From Gammaproteobacteria bacterium (GTDB lineage: Bacteria > Pseudomonadota > Gammaproteobacteria > G965277405), in contig OZ255726.1 in assembly GCA_965277405.1 (NCBI GenBank), positions 576,001-640,000 of the forward strand: a DNA stretch of 64,000 nt, read 5' to 3'. Positions within the stretch are counted from its first letter, which is position 1. The number at the start of each line of letters is the position of its first letter. The notes beneath the pieces are model-generated. The model saw only the letters and a program-made list of their open reading frames with translations, had not been told where the DNA came from and ran no database searches. Below are positions 1 through 10,535 of this stretch, in pieces. The translations under genes and the position numbers were made by a program.

Positions 1-849
1 TGTGGCGATGCTTATTCCAAAAACGCCAAGAGGTAGTTCAACGATGCGGTTGGCAAAATACAGCCATGTGACACTGCCTTCTTGGAGTAATGTGGCAATT
101 GCGGTGTCGATGGCAATTGAAATTTGCACCGCTGAAACACTAAAGATAATCGGTACCATGGTTTTAATAACCCTAACCGTTGGCGGATGCGAGAAAGAAA
201 GTCGTGGTGTTGGCACTAGGCGCAACCTGTGCAGTGTGGGTAGGAATACGGTAATTTGCAGTATTCCTGCACAGAGTACCCCCCAAGCTAATGCCTGAAT
301 CGGTACATCAAGATGTGGCGCAAGCCATACGGCAGCAGTAATAATGCAGATATTAAGCAGAATCGGGGTTATCGCTGGTAAAGCAAAGCGTTGATGCACT
401 TGTAATATTGCTGCAGCCAGTGCCGTGAGTGAAATACACAGCAAATACCAAAATGAAATGCGAATCATTGCCGCAGTGAGTGCCAGATATTCTGGCTGCG
501 CAACAAAACCCCAAGCAAAAGCACTGGCAACCAAAGGTGCCACTATCATCACCACTAGTGTTAGCAACCCCAACACGAATATCAACATCCCTGTGATATT
601 ATCAATGAGTTGTTGCTTGCTGTTGCTGTTGCTAAGCGCAGGGACAAACGCTTGGGTGAATGCTCCTTCGGCAAAAAAACGTCGAAACAGATTTGGAATA
701 CGAAACGCAATTAAAAAAGCATCAGTTTGTACACCAGCGCCAAAAAACATGGCAATGATAACGTCGCGTATCAACCCAGAGATACGGCAAATAAACGTTA
801 ATCCAGCAATAATGAGCGTGTTTTTGCCTGCTGAATGTCTGCTATTCAA
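1..849 (-). CDS. murJ: Lipid II flippase MurJ (MviN), 3' end runs off the window
   Basis: Minus-strand frame reads (TTG)NSRHSAGKNTLIIAGLTFICRISGLIRDVIIAMFFGAGVQTDAFLIAFRIPNLFRRFFAEGAFTQAFVP, the MurJ N-terminal signature. The start codon (TTG overlapping the lnt stop) is inferred. Not in the ORF track. Confidence 0.93.
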   Translation of the reverse strand, partial: MNSRHSAGKNTLIIAGLTFICRISGLIRDVIIAMFFGAGVQTDAFLIAFRIPNLFRRFFAEGAFTQAFVPALSNSNSKQQLIDNITGMLIFVLGLLTLVVMIVAPLVASAFAWGFVAQPEYLALTAAMIRISFWYLLCISLTALAAAILQVHQRFALPAITPILLNICIITAAVWLAPHLDVPIQALAWGVLCAGILQITVFLPTLHRLRLVPTPRLSFSHPPTVRVIKTMVPIIFSVSAVQISIAIDTAIATLLQEGSVTWLYFANRIVELPLGVFGISIAT

Positions 850-2479
850 TTGTTTTGCTGTTGAGTATTCGAAACAGCGCACCCGCGGCTAGCAACATTA
901 TACTGAGCACCAATATTGGCGTATCACCGAATCTGTTATACACCGTTGTACCAGTATATGGCATGACAGTTTGTGTTAGGACTCCTTGCTTAAATTGGGG
1001 CAGCTTAGCAACAATATTGCCTTGGTGATCAATCACACCAGTAATGCCAGTATTGCCAACTCGGAGTAACGGCTTGTTGTTTTCAATTGCCCGCGCTCTG
1101 GCAATTTGAAAATGTTGCTGTGGTCCTATCGATGCCCCAAACCAGCCATCATCGCTGATATTCAGTAGCAGCTGGCTATTACGAGCACCATCTGCAATCT
1201 GTCGGGCAAACACAGCTTCGTAACAAATGCTCGGGGCAATGCCCACTGATTTGTATTGAAACGGTTGTTGCGGTGTTATCGCAGCATGCAACTGTGACAT
1301 TGGTATTTGAAAGAGACGAAAGTATGGCGCTAGGGTATCTGCCAGCGGCACAAATTCCCCAAGTGGAACTAATCGTTGCTTGTCATAAAATTGTGTGGCT
1401 GTATTCACTTGCTCAAACGCAATGGAATTGAATACAGTTTTTTGGCTGCTGCCACGCCGCAAAGTGCCAAATATCAAGCCATTGCTACTATTAAGAAGCT
1501 GGTGTTTGAATACATTTACATAGCGTGAATAGCGTCGATACAGCCCAGCAATTGCCGATTCACCCCAAATAATCAATGCGTCGCGTGGGGCTGATACTGA
1601 CAATTTGGCATAGCGTAACAGGTGTTCGTGTTGCTGATTACTCAGCCATTTTTCTTGTATAGACACATTGCCTTGGACCAAGCTAACGCTGATCGGTGTA
1701 TTTGTAGCTGCTGTTTGCTGTTTTGGTAACAACAATGCGAGTGCAACGATAATAGCTAACGCAAATACTAGGCTGGAACTTTCTGCTAGCCAATGCTTAG
1801 CTGTGCGTATTTGCAGCAATTGTCCGACCAGTATCAAGCATGCAGCAACGGTAAAAGGCACAATAAAACTAAGCCCAATAGAGCCAATATATGGGATAAA
1901 CGCCTTGAGTGGCGTGTCAAGAAAGCCATAGCCAATTTGCGACCATGGAAACCCATACATCCCCAGCGTGCGCAACAGGTCAAAACAAAACCAAAGCCCT
2001 GCATGACAACCTGCCAATAATAATAGTGGTGTCTTGACGTAGCCAAATATTCCAGATGGACCTGCTGTGGCATACAATATACGGAGTTGTAGCATTAAAA
2101 ACATAGAGTATATGATAGCAGGAATGGTCATTACCAAGATGGATATGGGTAATGGCACGTTGCCAAAGTCTCTTAGGCTATACACAATCCAATGGGTGCT
2201 AGCAACCCAATACCCCATCCCATAAAAAAAGGCTGATGAATATGCAAAGCTCGGTTGTAACATCAACGCAATCAGCAAAAAACCAGCATGCGACAGTATC
2301 GCGGCATACCAATATCCGAACGGGGCGAAAGCCAGCGTTGTTACGGCACCAAATGCGGCGAATATAAGCCAACGCAGCAGCAAACTTCGTTCAAGAAAAT
2401 TACGTGGTAATACAGTATTAAAAAAGCCTGCGCGAATGCGTTCTTGTTTATATCTTGGTTCTTGTTTATATCTTGACAC
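842..2479 (-). CDS. lnt: Apolipoprotein N-acyltransferase
   Basis: N-terminal TM helices, GFPW, VQGN, WGES, K..LVPLGEFVP, ICYE, SDDGWFG and QHFQIARARAIE motifs. Lies downstream of corC/ybeY as usual. Confidence 0.95.
   Translation of the reverse strand: MSRYKQEPRYKQERIRAGFFNTVLPRNFLERSLLLRWLIFAAFGAVTTLAFAPFGYWYAAILSHAGFLLIALMLQPSFAYSSAFFYGMGYWVASTHWIVYSLRDFGNVPLPISILVMTIPAIIYSMFLMLQLRILYATAGPSGIFGYVKTPLLLLAGCHAGLWFCFDLLRTLGMYGFPWSQIGYGFLDTPLKAFIPYIGSIGLSFIVPFTVAACLILVGQLLQIRTAKHWLAESSSLVFALAIIVALALLLPKQQTAATNTPISVSLVQGNVSIQEKWLSNQQHEHLLRYAKLSVSAPRDALIIWGESAIAGLYRRYSRYVNVFKHQLLNSSNGLIFGTLRRGSSQKTVFNSIAFEQVNTATQFYDKQRLVPLGEFVPLADTLAPYFRLFQIPMSQLHAAITPQQPFQYKSVGIAPSICYEAVFARQIADGARNSQLLLNISDDGWFGASIGPQQHFQIARARAIENNKPLLRVGNTGITGVIDHQGNIVAKLPQFKQGVLTQTVMPYTGTTVYNRFGDTPILVLSIMLLAAGALFRILNSKTIE
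2440..2475. repeat. 18-bp tandem duplication at the lnt 5' end
   Basis: GTTCTTGTTTATATCTTG x2, encoding RYKQE twice. Confidence 0.9.
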
Positions 2480-2581
2480 GGAGTTTCCTCATCCTGTTGC
2501 TAGGTTAGTATATGCTCACTTAAGTCACTGGTGAAACGTGTAATAACTGGCTGGTTGGGCGAGCGGATCAGCGGCTGTTAA

Positions 2582-2866
2582 GGAACCTCTGATTAAGTCG
2601 CTGATGGAGCGAGTTTGCCTGCAATTGCTGATGATTGCAAGGCGCAAACCGCTAAGCGCATGCCGTAGCATATACGCCAAGGGATGCAACACAGCAAGTA
2701 CCTCTTGTAGGCAAACCATCATATATTCAATTGAAGGCCGGGAAAAAACGCTGCGCTAACGTCGTTGCAGCACTTGATAATACCACCAGTATTATCAAGT
2801 GCTGCGTCTAGTTATCATCAGCGTTTTTTCTCCGTCTCGCCCATCATGGCCTTAATCAGAGCTTCC
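2582..2866 (+). mobile_element. IS5-related MITE, full-length copy 1 (285 bp)
   Basis: TIRs GGAACCTCTGATTAAG...CTTAATCAGAGCTTCC; interior nearly identical to the copies at 6158, 10547, 56643 and 60971. Confidence 0.92.
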
Positions 2867-2875
2867 GCAATACAG

Positions 2876-3655
2876 TCACTGCCGTTTCGCTATTTGGACG
2901 GTTTGTATTTTTCGTGGATCTGCCTTGATGATGCGACAGCTAATTGAATCAATAGTAATGGTTTCGTCTACTTGCGGAATATGACCAAAATGGTGCAACA
3001 ATACCCCATTGAGCGTGCCAAATTGGTCGCCATTAAAATTTGTTGTAAAAAAATTGTTGAATTCGTCAATTTCGATCGTTCCTTCAACCAACCAAGTGTT
3101 GGTGTTAATTGTGGTGATTTGCGGATTTTTTTGTAGGTCATGTTCATCTTCTATATCGCCCACTATTTCTTCGAGCACATCTTCGATAGTCACCAGCCCT
3201 ATTGGTTTACCATATTCGTCAATGACCACAGCCATATGTTGTCGTTGCTCACGAAATTCTTTAAGCAGCACATGGAGACGCTTGCTCTCTGGAATACGAG
3301 CAGGAATACGAATATCTTTGAGGAGTAAATGTGGTGGTTCTCCTTCAGGTAAATTGCGCAGCACGTCTTTAGCGTGCAAAATGCCAATGATGTCTTCTTG
3401 GTCTTTGCTAAACACTGGAAAGCGCGAATGGCTGGAATGTCTGAGTGTGTGGAGGACTTCCTGTTGGCTATCGGTTAGCGAAACACTGACCATTTGACCA
3501 CGCGGAATCATTATGTCGCGCACCTGTTTATCTTCAACCATGATGGCTGCTTTGACGATGTCCAAGACATCGCGTGCCACAATACCAGCTTTACTGTATG
3601 AATCTAATTGCGCTAATAAGGTGGTTCGCGAGAGTTTTTTTCTGAATAAGACCAT
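2876..3655 (-). CDS. corC: CBS-pair/CorC_HlyC magnesium/cobalt efflux protein
   Basis: VRDIMIPR, HSRFPV, HMAVVIDEYG and VTIEDVLEEIVGDIEDEHD motifs; ybeY-corC-lnt synteny. Confidence 0.93.
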   Translation of the reverse strand: MVLFRKKLSRTTLLAQLDSYSKAGIVARDVLDIVKAAIMVEDKQVRDIMIPRGQMVSVSLTDSQQEVLHTLRHSSHSRFPVFSKDQEDIIGILHAKDVLRNLPEGEPPHLLLKDIRIPARIPESKRLHVLLKEFREQRQHMAVVIDEYGKPIGLVTIEDVLEEIVGDIEDEHDLQKNPQITTINTNTWLVEGTIEIDEFNNFFTTNFNGDQFGTLNGVLLHHFGHIPQVDETITIDSISCRIIKADPRKIQTVQIAKRQ

Positions 3656-3669
3656 CGTTATTCAGACCT

Positions 3670-4149
3670 TCAGTAAGGGTGGGCGACATCAAAATGTTTC
3701 AAGATTTGGATTTCACAGGATTCCATGATTTCAGTATGGCGTTCATCTTCATGGTCAAAGCCGCATAAATGGAGGATGCTGTGAACAAATAAGTGCATCC
3801 AGTGGCTTTTAATGTTTTTCTTTTGCTCACTGGCTTCTTGGGCGACTATCTCACCGCACAGCACGATGTCACCAATCAGGTTGACAGGTTCTTCATCTGG
3901 AAATTTGATTGGAAAACTCAACACATTTGTTGGTCGGTTGACATCACGGAATGTATTGTTGATTTTTGCACTTTCGTCAGCATCTACAATGCGCACGCAA
4001 ATTTCTACTGGAGTGCGTGGAGCATTATCTGGATAGAGCGCATGGAGTTGCTCAATAGTATATTCTGACCAGCGTTTGAATTCTGACTTATGCGGACGAT
4101 CGTATTTATCACTTGATACTTTTTGTAAATCAATGCGTACTTGGGTCAT
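3670..4149 (-). CDS. ybeY: rRNA maturation endoribonuclease YbeY
   Basis: RPTNVLSFP, GDIVLC and HSILHLCGFDH metal motif. Start placed at MTQVRIDLQ (ATG 4149), preceded by an AAGGA RBS. Confidence 0.93.
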   Translation of the reverse strand: MTQVRIDLQKVSSDKYDRPHKSEFKRWSEYTIEQLHALYPDNAPRTPVEICVRIVDADESAKINNTFRDVNRPTNVLSFPIKFPDEEPVNLIGDIVLCGEIVAQEASEQKKNIKSHWMHLFVHSILHLCGFDHEDERHTEIMESCEIQILKHFDVAHPY

Positions 4150-4273
4150 TAGTGTTTCCTTTGCAATTGCTGAACAATGGCTACATTCTATCAAAGTAGC
4201 AGCGCAATAGTGAGCAACCTCTGCATTACTCACTGCAATAGTGATTTGATTAGAATTTCTGCTACTTCCTTCG

Positions 4274-4295
4274 GGAAGCTCTGATTAAGTCCATG
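4274..4295. repeat. Solo terminal inverted repeat of the IS5/MITE family
   Basis: GGAAGCTCTGATTAAGTCCATG is the reverse complement of the MITE right end; lies downstream of the fba stop. Confidence 0.8.
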
Positions 4296-4330
4296 TGTTG
4301 CACTAGCGGTTGTAATCTGCTAACTCATTG

Positions 4331-5368
4331 CTACTTGCTGTAGAAACTCACCATTTCGCTGAGTTGCTGCTGCTTAATTTTGTCGGCATTCCCGGCGCTA
4401 CCAAATGCCTCAAAACGGTCTTGGCAAATATCTTGCATGGCTTGTGTGGTTTCTTTGAGGTAGCCACGCGGGTCAAATTTATCAGGGCGGTCATGAAAGT
4501 ATTTACGCAATGTGCCTGTCACCGCCAAGCGCAAGTCGGTGTCAACATTTACTTTACGGACGCCATGTTGAATACCTTTTTGGATTTCAGCTACAGGCAC
4601 GCCAAATGTCTGACCTAAATCCCCACCATACTTATTAATAGTTTGCAACCACTGCTGTGGTACTGATGATGATCCGTGCATTACCAAATGGGTGTTTGGT
4701 ATGCGTTGGTGAATTTCTTTAATTCTGTCGATACGCAAAATATCCCCTGCTGGCTCACGGGTAAATTTATACGCCCCATGTGAAGTGCCGATGGCAATTG
4801 CTAATGCGTCGACATTGGTGGTATTGACAAAGTTTTCTGCTTCGGCTGGGTCGGTGAGCAGGCTTGCCGTATCAAGTTTTTCATCTGCACCATGACCGTC
4901 TTCTTCGCCCATCATGCCAGTTTCTAATGAGCCTAGGCAGCCGAGCTCACCTTCAACAGATACACCGACTGCATGTGCCATTTTCACAACTTCTTGGGTA
5001 ATCCCTACATTATATTCATATGATGATGGCGTTTTCATATCTGCCATTAACGAACCATCCATCATTACTGAACTAAACCCAGATTGAATCGAACGCAAAC
5101 ATACAGCAGGATTTGAGCCGTGATCTTGGTGCATTACGACTGGAATATGCGGATACATTTCAATTGCTGCGGCAATAAGATGGCGCAAAAAAGGCTCGCC
5201 TGCATACGCGCGAGCACCAGCAGATGCCTGCATCACAACCGGGCTATTCACAGCATCAGCTGCGCGCATAATTGCTTGGACTTGCTCCATGTTATTCACA
5301 TTAAAAGCCGCCATTCCATAATTATTTTCAGCTGCATGGTCTAGCAATTGGCGCAGGCTAATAAGCAT
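4331..5368 (-). CDS. fba: Class II fructose-bisphosphate aldolase (CbbA/Fba type)
   Basis: [37 protein letters not shown] and KVNVDTD motifs. Confidence 0.96.
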   Translation of the reverse strand: MLISLRQLLDHAAENNYGMAAFNVNNMEQVQAIMRAADAVNSPVVMQASAGARAYAGEPFLRHLIAAAIEMYPHIPVVMHQDHGSNPAVCLRSIQSGFSSVMMDGSLMADMKTPSSYEYNVGITQEVVKMAHAVGVSVEGELGCLGSLETGMMGEEDGHGADEKLDTASLLTDPAEAENFVNTTNVDALAIAIGTSHGAYKFTREPAGDILRIDRIKEIHQRIPNTHLVMHGSSSVPQQWLQTINKYGGDLGQTFGVPVAEIQKGIQHGVRKVNVDTDLRLAVTGTLRKYFHDRPDKFDPRGYLKETTQAMQDICQDRFEAFGSAGNADKIKQQQLSEMVSFYSK

Positions 5369-5381
5369 AATACTACTCCTG

Positions 5382-6107
5382 TTAGTTATTTTCTATATCG
5401 TCAAGGTTTTCAGATATTTCATTTATCCAATCAATCAGCACCTGCCATTCCTCCATGTCTTTAAAGGAATCCACTACTGGCAGTTCATTCACGCCGCAGC
5501 CTCGTTCGGCAGAGACTAAGTAAAAAGGATGGTCAGAAAACGCAGCAAGAAATGGTATCTTTAAAGTCAGTAAAAAACGTTGTAATTTTTCATACGCTGG
5601 CGAATTATGGCGAACTCTGTTGGCGACAACACCTATCGTCCGTCGCAACCGCACGTAGGTTGGGTTTAAAAACAACTCCCCAACAAACGTAGACGTCGCG
5701 CGAATGTCCATAGCCGATGGTAACACTGGAATAATAATAACATCTGATCGTTCAATAAATGTCGATAATTCTAGATCACGAACACCTGCGGGAGTGTCGA
5801 TAACCACGTGCGTTAGTTCGCTTGAAAGCATCAAATGCCAAGAACGACGAAACCGTGATGCCATATTACAACCAGGCTGCAATAAATGAATTTTTCTTAG
5901 TTGCTTTGATCTCTTTTTTACCCAACGACTACTTGAACCTTGCACATCAAAATCAATCAGCGCAACATTGTTTTTGGAACTTTGCGCCGCAAGAATTGCA
6001 GCCAAGTTGACACTCACAGTACTTTTTCCGCTACCACCTTTACCATTGATAACAATAATGCGCAATGCTCGCGAGCGTCGTCGTGTTCGTATCATATCTG
6101 TCGGCAT
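5382..6107 (-). CDS. ParA/MinD-family ATPase
   Basis: Deviant Walker [32 protein letters not shown]; no adjacent parB. Confidence 0.88.
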   Translation of the reverse strand: MPTDMIRTRRRSRALRIIVINGKGGSGKSTVSVNLAAILAAQSSKNNVALIDFDVQGSSSRWVKKRSKQLRKIHLLQPGCNMASRFRRSWHLMLSSELTHVVIDTPAGVRDLELSTFIERSDVIIIPVLPSAMDIRATSTFVGELFLNPTYVRLRRTIGVVANRVRHNSPAYEKLQRFLLTLKIPFLAAFSDHPFYLVSAERGCGVNELPVVDSFKDMEEWQVLIDWINEISENLDDIENN

Positions 6108-6157
6108 CTAAGTAAGTGTTATCATTCAATTGAATTATATTTTGTGACCTTGGTTAG

Positions 6158-6444
6158 GAAACCTCTGATTAAGTCGCTGATGGAGCGAGTTTGCCTGCAA
6201 TTGCTGATGATTGCAAGGCGCAAACCGCTAAGCGCATGCCGTAGCATATACGCCAAGGGATGCTACACAGCAAGCACAGCAAACCGTTATATATTCAACA
6301 CAACGACGGGAAAAAACGCTGCGTTAACGTCGTTGCAGCACTTGGCAGCACCCACAAGACCACCAGTATTATCTGCGCACTACGCCTAGTTATCATCAGC
6401 GTTTTTTCTCCGTCTCGCCCATCATGGAATTAATCAGAGCTTCC
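6158..6444 (+). mobile_element. IS5-related MITE, copy 2, with TTAG target duplication
   Basis: TTAG|GAAACCTCTGATTAAG...ATTAATCAGAGCTTCC|TTAG. Confidence 0.92.
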
Positions 6445-6572
6445 TTAGACAGCTATCATTAATTACATTTTGTTATTCATAATAGTCGAAAAATCTAATT
6501 GTATAGGTATGGTGACATCAGATTTTATATTATTTCACACCACAATCATTCGGTAAGCAATTTTTTAACTGT

Positions 6573-7118
6573 ATGGCTCGACTCTGTATGGAATTACTGA
6601 TTCAAGTGCTGATGAAGCGAGTTAATCAGTGCTTCCTTAAATATCGGTATTATCTTATTGCGTTTGTTGCAGTGCTGGCTGGCGTCTTTACGTGGGTCTC
6701 TTGGCAACCACAGTTAACGCACAACAGCATTACCGTGCTCCAAGCTAAAGATTTTAATATTCGCGATTATACTGGCGAAGTATTATATCTTGATTTTTGG
6801 GCGAGTTGGTGCGCACCGTGTTTAGATTCATTTCCTTGGATGATTGCCCAACACAACAAAAACTACGAAAAAGGATTGAGAATTGTCGCTGTTACTGTCG
6901 ATGCTGACTTTAACGATGCCGCACAATTTTTACACCAATTCGCAGTACCATTCACAATTGTGTATGACCCAACCATGCAATTGTTTAATGCATATTCAAT
7001 CACGGGCTTACCGACCTCAATTCTCTTTGATCGAGACGGCAGACTCTCCCAACGCATCCTCAGTTTTTATCCAGAGCAAATTCCTATATACACCCAGCAT
7101 ATTGATACGGTTTTATAA
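6573..7118 (+). CDS. TlpA/ResA-family thiol-disulfide oxidoreductase
   Basis: N-terminal TM, LDFWASWCAPC and GLPTS motifs; exact start uncertain. Confidence 0.9.
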   Translation: MARLCMELLIQVLMKRVNQCFLKYRYYLIAFVAVLAGVFTWVSWQPQLTHNSITVLQAKDFNIRDYTGEVLYLDFWASWCAPCLDSFPWMIAQHNKNYEKGLRIVAVTVDADFNDAAQFLHQFAVPFTIVYDPTMQLFNAYSITGLPTSILFDRDGRLSQRILSFYPEQIPIYTQHIDTVL

Positions 7119-8020
7119 TGCAGCCATTCTCACTTACAATCCCGGCAACAGCCGCAAACTTGGGCCCTGGCTTCGACTCGCTCGGTCTTGCTTTGACAAT
7201 GCACAACACCTTCATTTTGCGTCCAGCTACAGCATTTCACATAGATGTTACAGGGTATGGCAAGGACATTCTCGCTGATATACATAGCAATTCTGTTATC
7301 AGCACATATAGCAACACGTGCAAGCAACATGATTGGGAGCCGCTACCGTTTGCTTTAGAAAACTGTAATGCCATCCCGCTCGAAAGCGGGCTCGGCTCTA
7401 GTGCTACGGCGATTGTTGCAGGAGTTGCTGCTGCCCATTTTATCCACCAAGGTCATTGTGATAAAGATGCCGTGTTGCGCAGTGCAGTATTTTTTGAGAA
7501 TCATCCAGACAATATTGTCCCCGCAATATTTGGCGGATTTAATGCAAGCTGCCTTGATGAGCATGATCCAACGACTGTATATAACTTAGCAACTGCGATA
7601 CCATCTTCACTTGGGTGTTTAGCAGTCTATCCACATGTACGCGTTGCAACTGCAGCGTCACGCCAACAGCTGCCCACCCATTTAGCGCTTGGTGATGCAG
7701 TATATTCGCTCGCCCGCGCCGCATTGCTCACCAACGCCTTTGTCCAGCATAAATGGGAAGCAATCGCGCCATTGATGCAAGATAAAATTCACGAACCGTA
7801 TCGCGATTTATTCGGTTTAAGGGCGCTGCGGAGTATTGTGCAACAAGCAGGCGGTTATGCGGCGTGCATCTCTGGCAGCGGTCCTACGGTTATTTGCTTC
7901 CACCCAACAAGCGTCAATCTAAGTATTCCAGTTACAGAGTTTTTTTTAGGACTTGGTTATGCATCATCCGCGTTTCCACTCATCGTCGATAACGCTGGGC
8001 TTATTGTGCAAACACTATAA
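7118..8020 (+). CDS. thrB: Homoserine kinase (GHMP family)
   Basis: PATAANLGPGFDSLG, IPLESGLGSSA, ENHPDN and ISGSGPT motifs. Confidence 0.94.
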   Translation: MQPFSLTIPATAANLGPGFDSLGLALTMHNTFILRPATAFHIDVTGYGKDILADIHSNSVISTYSNTCKQHDWEPLPFALENCNAIPLESGLGSSATAIVAGVAAAHFIHQGHCDKDAVLRSAVFFENHPDNIVPAIFGGFNASCLDEHDPTTVYNLATAIPSSLGCLAVYPHVRVATAASRQQLPTHLALGDAVYSLARAALLTNAFVQHKWEAIAPLMQDKIHEPYRDLFGLRALRSIVQQAGGYAACISGSGPTVICFHPTSVNLSIPVTEFFLGLGYASSAFPLIVDNAGLIVQTL

Positions 8021-8032
8021 TATTTTTTGCGA

Positions 8033-9427
8033 CTACTGTTGATACGCATCACATTCATATAATGCGAACCGCTGCTGCAACAGCGTTGACAGATCAGTCT
8101 GCAGTGGTATGCAACCCCCACTGAATTGCGCGGCAATAGCTGGCTGTAAAGCTGGATCATGTGGCGCATACACCACCAGCAAACCGCTGCTGTTACCAAC
8201 AGGGCTACCAAACCAAGCATCGTATTGGTCAATCACATCGTCAATAACCACAATATTTATGTTGCTATACCACGCTAATCGCGCTGCGTCTTGCCATCTT
8301 GCGGTAAAGATTATTTGCTGAGGATGCTCTGCTGCATATGATTGCAGCTGCGTTGCAATAGTCTTCCAGCCCACCACATCTGCAAACATATTTCTGCCCA
8401 ATGATACCGTTGGCTGCACGATAATCAGGTATTTACATAGCAGCGCAATACTAATTGACAATACCAAAGCCAGCCACCATAGCGTTTTTGAAAATCTATA
8501 GCGCAGTACATTTGCCAATGCTGCAGTACAAATGCTGGTAGTAGCCCAACCTAATAGTGGCAACAACATCAGTTGGTTGCCAAACGCAGCAACGACAATT
8601 GTCAAGCCAATGCCGACCACGCTGACATACAATATGCAGCGCAATCGTGCATGTCGGCGCAGCGCAAAAACTCCATACATCCCACCAAAAAACAATGCTG
8701 GACCAATCACTAATAACTGTACTGTCAGCGCAATTGCAGTGGCTGCTCCGATTCCAGCAACAACAGCTTGCTGATACCAATATTCAAAATATTGTGCGTC
8801 AACATACCAAGCCATACTCGGCACCAGCACGGCAACAGCAACCAGCACCCCCACCCCAAATGCAGCGCTGTTGTATTGTTTCCGATCAGCCACAACCATC
8901 GCCAGCAAAGGTGGCAGGAGCATAATCGCGGCAAAATGGCTGAGGAATGCAGCAGTCCAGACTATTGGCACGGCAACGCTGGCAACTATTGATCTGTGGC
9001 TTTGTTGGAGATGCAACAACACCAACAATAACATTGCCAGCGGTAGCATCAATCCTTCGCTGGATACAGTAATGCTTGCGAGTTGATTAAGCGGCACACT
9101 CCACCAAATCAACAATACCGTCCACGCAATTTTTACAGCTTTAAAAATATGCAGCGTTAGTATGAATAAAAGAAAACTTGTCAACGCAAAACCTGCAACA
9201 GGAAAAAAACGCAGCGCAATATCTGCCGTTGAGAGCTGCTGAACCCCCCACTGCAACCAGCCGCTGAGTGGGGCGTGATTAACATAGCCCCAAGCGACAA
9301 AGCGACCTGCTAAAGCAATTTGAGCTTCATGTATGCCAAGGTGAATACGGCTGGCAATCCATATATCGAGCAAGCCCCAAACACAACACACAATTCCTGC
9401 GAGTATCCATGGGCGCGTGCGCAACAT
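8033..9427 (-). CDS. ArnT/GT39-like membrane glycosyltransferase
   Basis: Multi-TM protein with HEA...WGYVNHAPL (DEA...GYFDHPP-like). Start at 9427 chosen from the TAATG overlap with the upstream stop. Confidence 0.75.
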   Translation of the reverse strand: MLRTRPWILAGIVCCVWGLLDIWIASRIHLGIHEAQIALAGRFVAWGYVNHAPLSGWLQWGVQQLSTADIALRFFPVAGFALTSFLLFILTLHIFKAVKIAWTVLLIWWSVPLNQLASITVSSEGLMLPLAMLLLVLLHLQQSHRSIVASVAVPIVWTAAFLSHFAAIMLLPPLLAMVVADRKQYNSAAFGVGVLVAVAVLVPSMAWYVDAQYFEYWYQQAVVAGIGAATAIALTVQLLVIGPALFFGGMYGVFALRRHARLRCILYVSVVGIGLTIVVAAFGNQLMLLPLLGWATTSICTAALANVLRYRFSKTLWWLALVLSISIALLCKYLIIVQPTVSLGRNMFADVVGWKTIATQLQSYAAEHPQQIIFTARWQDAARLAWYSNINIVVIDDVIDQYDAWFGSPVGNSSGLLVVYAPHDPALQPAIAAQFSGGCIPLQTDLSTLLQQRFALYECDAYQQ

Positions 9428-10533
9428 TACCAAACACGCTGAACATTTTGACCATCCTCTGCAAACACTTGACACGTCATCGGGTTAAAGCCAACTTGAA
9501 TGGAGTCACCTACTGTATATATCGTTCTTGGGCTATCGCGCACCCGTGCAGACAATGTCAGTTTTGCATCAATTTGTACTGTGATAAATTGATAATAGCC
9601 TATATCTTCAAACACCAACACCACTCCAGCAAACCAAACATTTGCATCGGTGTGTTTACTAGATTTAGCAGCAATACAAGTTTGTTCAAAAGGAATGGTC
9701 AAGACCACCCGCTCGTCAATGTTGTGACCGTTGTATACACTGGCTTTTAAGACGGTATCGTTATAACGGGTGTGGATTAACTTTTTTAACCGTCGTGTCA
9801 CCACCACAGGAATGCGGTTCAACTCACTATTCGCAACATAATTTGCAACAAAAAAATTGTTTGGCTGTTGTTGCAACTGTGAAATAGTACCAACCTGCTC
9901 AATGCCGCGTTGGTTGACAATAATTATCCGTTGTGCCAGCCCCAACACATCATCAATATGGCGTGCGGCGTAGACAACGGTCGTTTGTAGCAGCTTGTGC
10001 ACTGTGCTGATGACTTGGCGCAATGTAGCCTTATATACAGCTTCAAGCTGTTGCATCACATCGTCAATCAACAATACCTCAGGGCGCAGTATCAGCATCC
10101 TAGCAATGGCGACACGAATCACTTGCAGGTCAGTGAGCATTTCTGTACATGTATCACGTAAATTTTCAATGCCTATAGCTAATAGCACGGCATCAGCATC
10201 ATCAGATAATCGTTGGTTTTTGCCTATTTTGCCTAAACCCCATACAACATTTTCTACAACACTGCGTTCAGGCAATAATGGGTAATTTTGTTCTATCAAA
10301 CCTACGTTGCGATGCTGCGGCAACCAATGGGTAACGGCTTCGTCGCCAATAAATATATCACCGCTATCTGGCTGTTGTATTCCCGCTATTAGATGAAGTA
10401 GCGTAGTTTTGCCAGAATTTCTTGGGCCAACAATAGCAACACATTCGCCAGCTTTAATTTCGATATTGATGTTCCGTAACGCATGTATACGCGCCAGGTT
10501 TTTATTGAGATCAATGCAAACGAGTTGTTTCAT
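9427..10533 (-). CDS. MalK/PotA-like ABC ATP-binding protein with degenerate motifs
   Basis: Walker A GPRNSGKTT is present; signature is LTDLQ, Walker B is LLIDD and the H-loop is altered; C-terminal TOBE-like extension. Confidence 0.8.
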   Translation of the reverse strand: MKQLVCIDLNKNLARIHALRNINIEIKAGECVAIVGPRNSGKTTLLHLIAGIQQPDSGDIFIGDEAVTHWLPQHRNVGLIEQNYPLLPERSVVENVVWGLGKIGKNQRLSDDADAVLLAIGIENLRDTCTEMLTDLQVIRVAIARMLILRPEVLLIDDVMQQLEAVYKATLRQVISTVHKLLQTTVVYAARHIDDVLGLAQRIIIVNQRGIEQVGTISQLQQQPNNFFVANYVANSELNRIPVVVTRRLKKLIHTRYNDTVLKASVYNGHNIDERVVLTIPFEQTCIAAKSSKHTDANVWFAGVVLVFEDIGYYQFITVQIDAKLTLSARVRDSPRTIYTVGDSIQVGFNPMTCQVFAEDGQNVQRVW

Positions 10534-10535
10534 AA

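Noticed and set aside
2-892. Plus-strand ORFs 2-298 and 425-892
   Set aside because: They are antisense to murJ.
5940-6389. ORFs reading through MITEs (also 2525-2722, 2765-2947, 49809-50285, 56551-56916, 61004-61201) sharing ACRSIYAKGC
   Set aside because: The shared peptide comes from the repeat itself; starts, stops and frames differ between copies.
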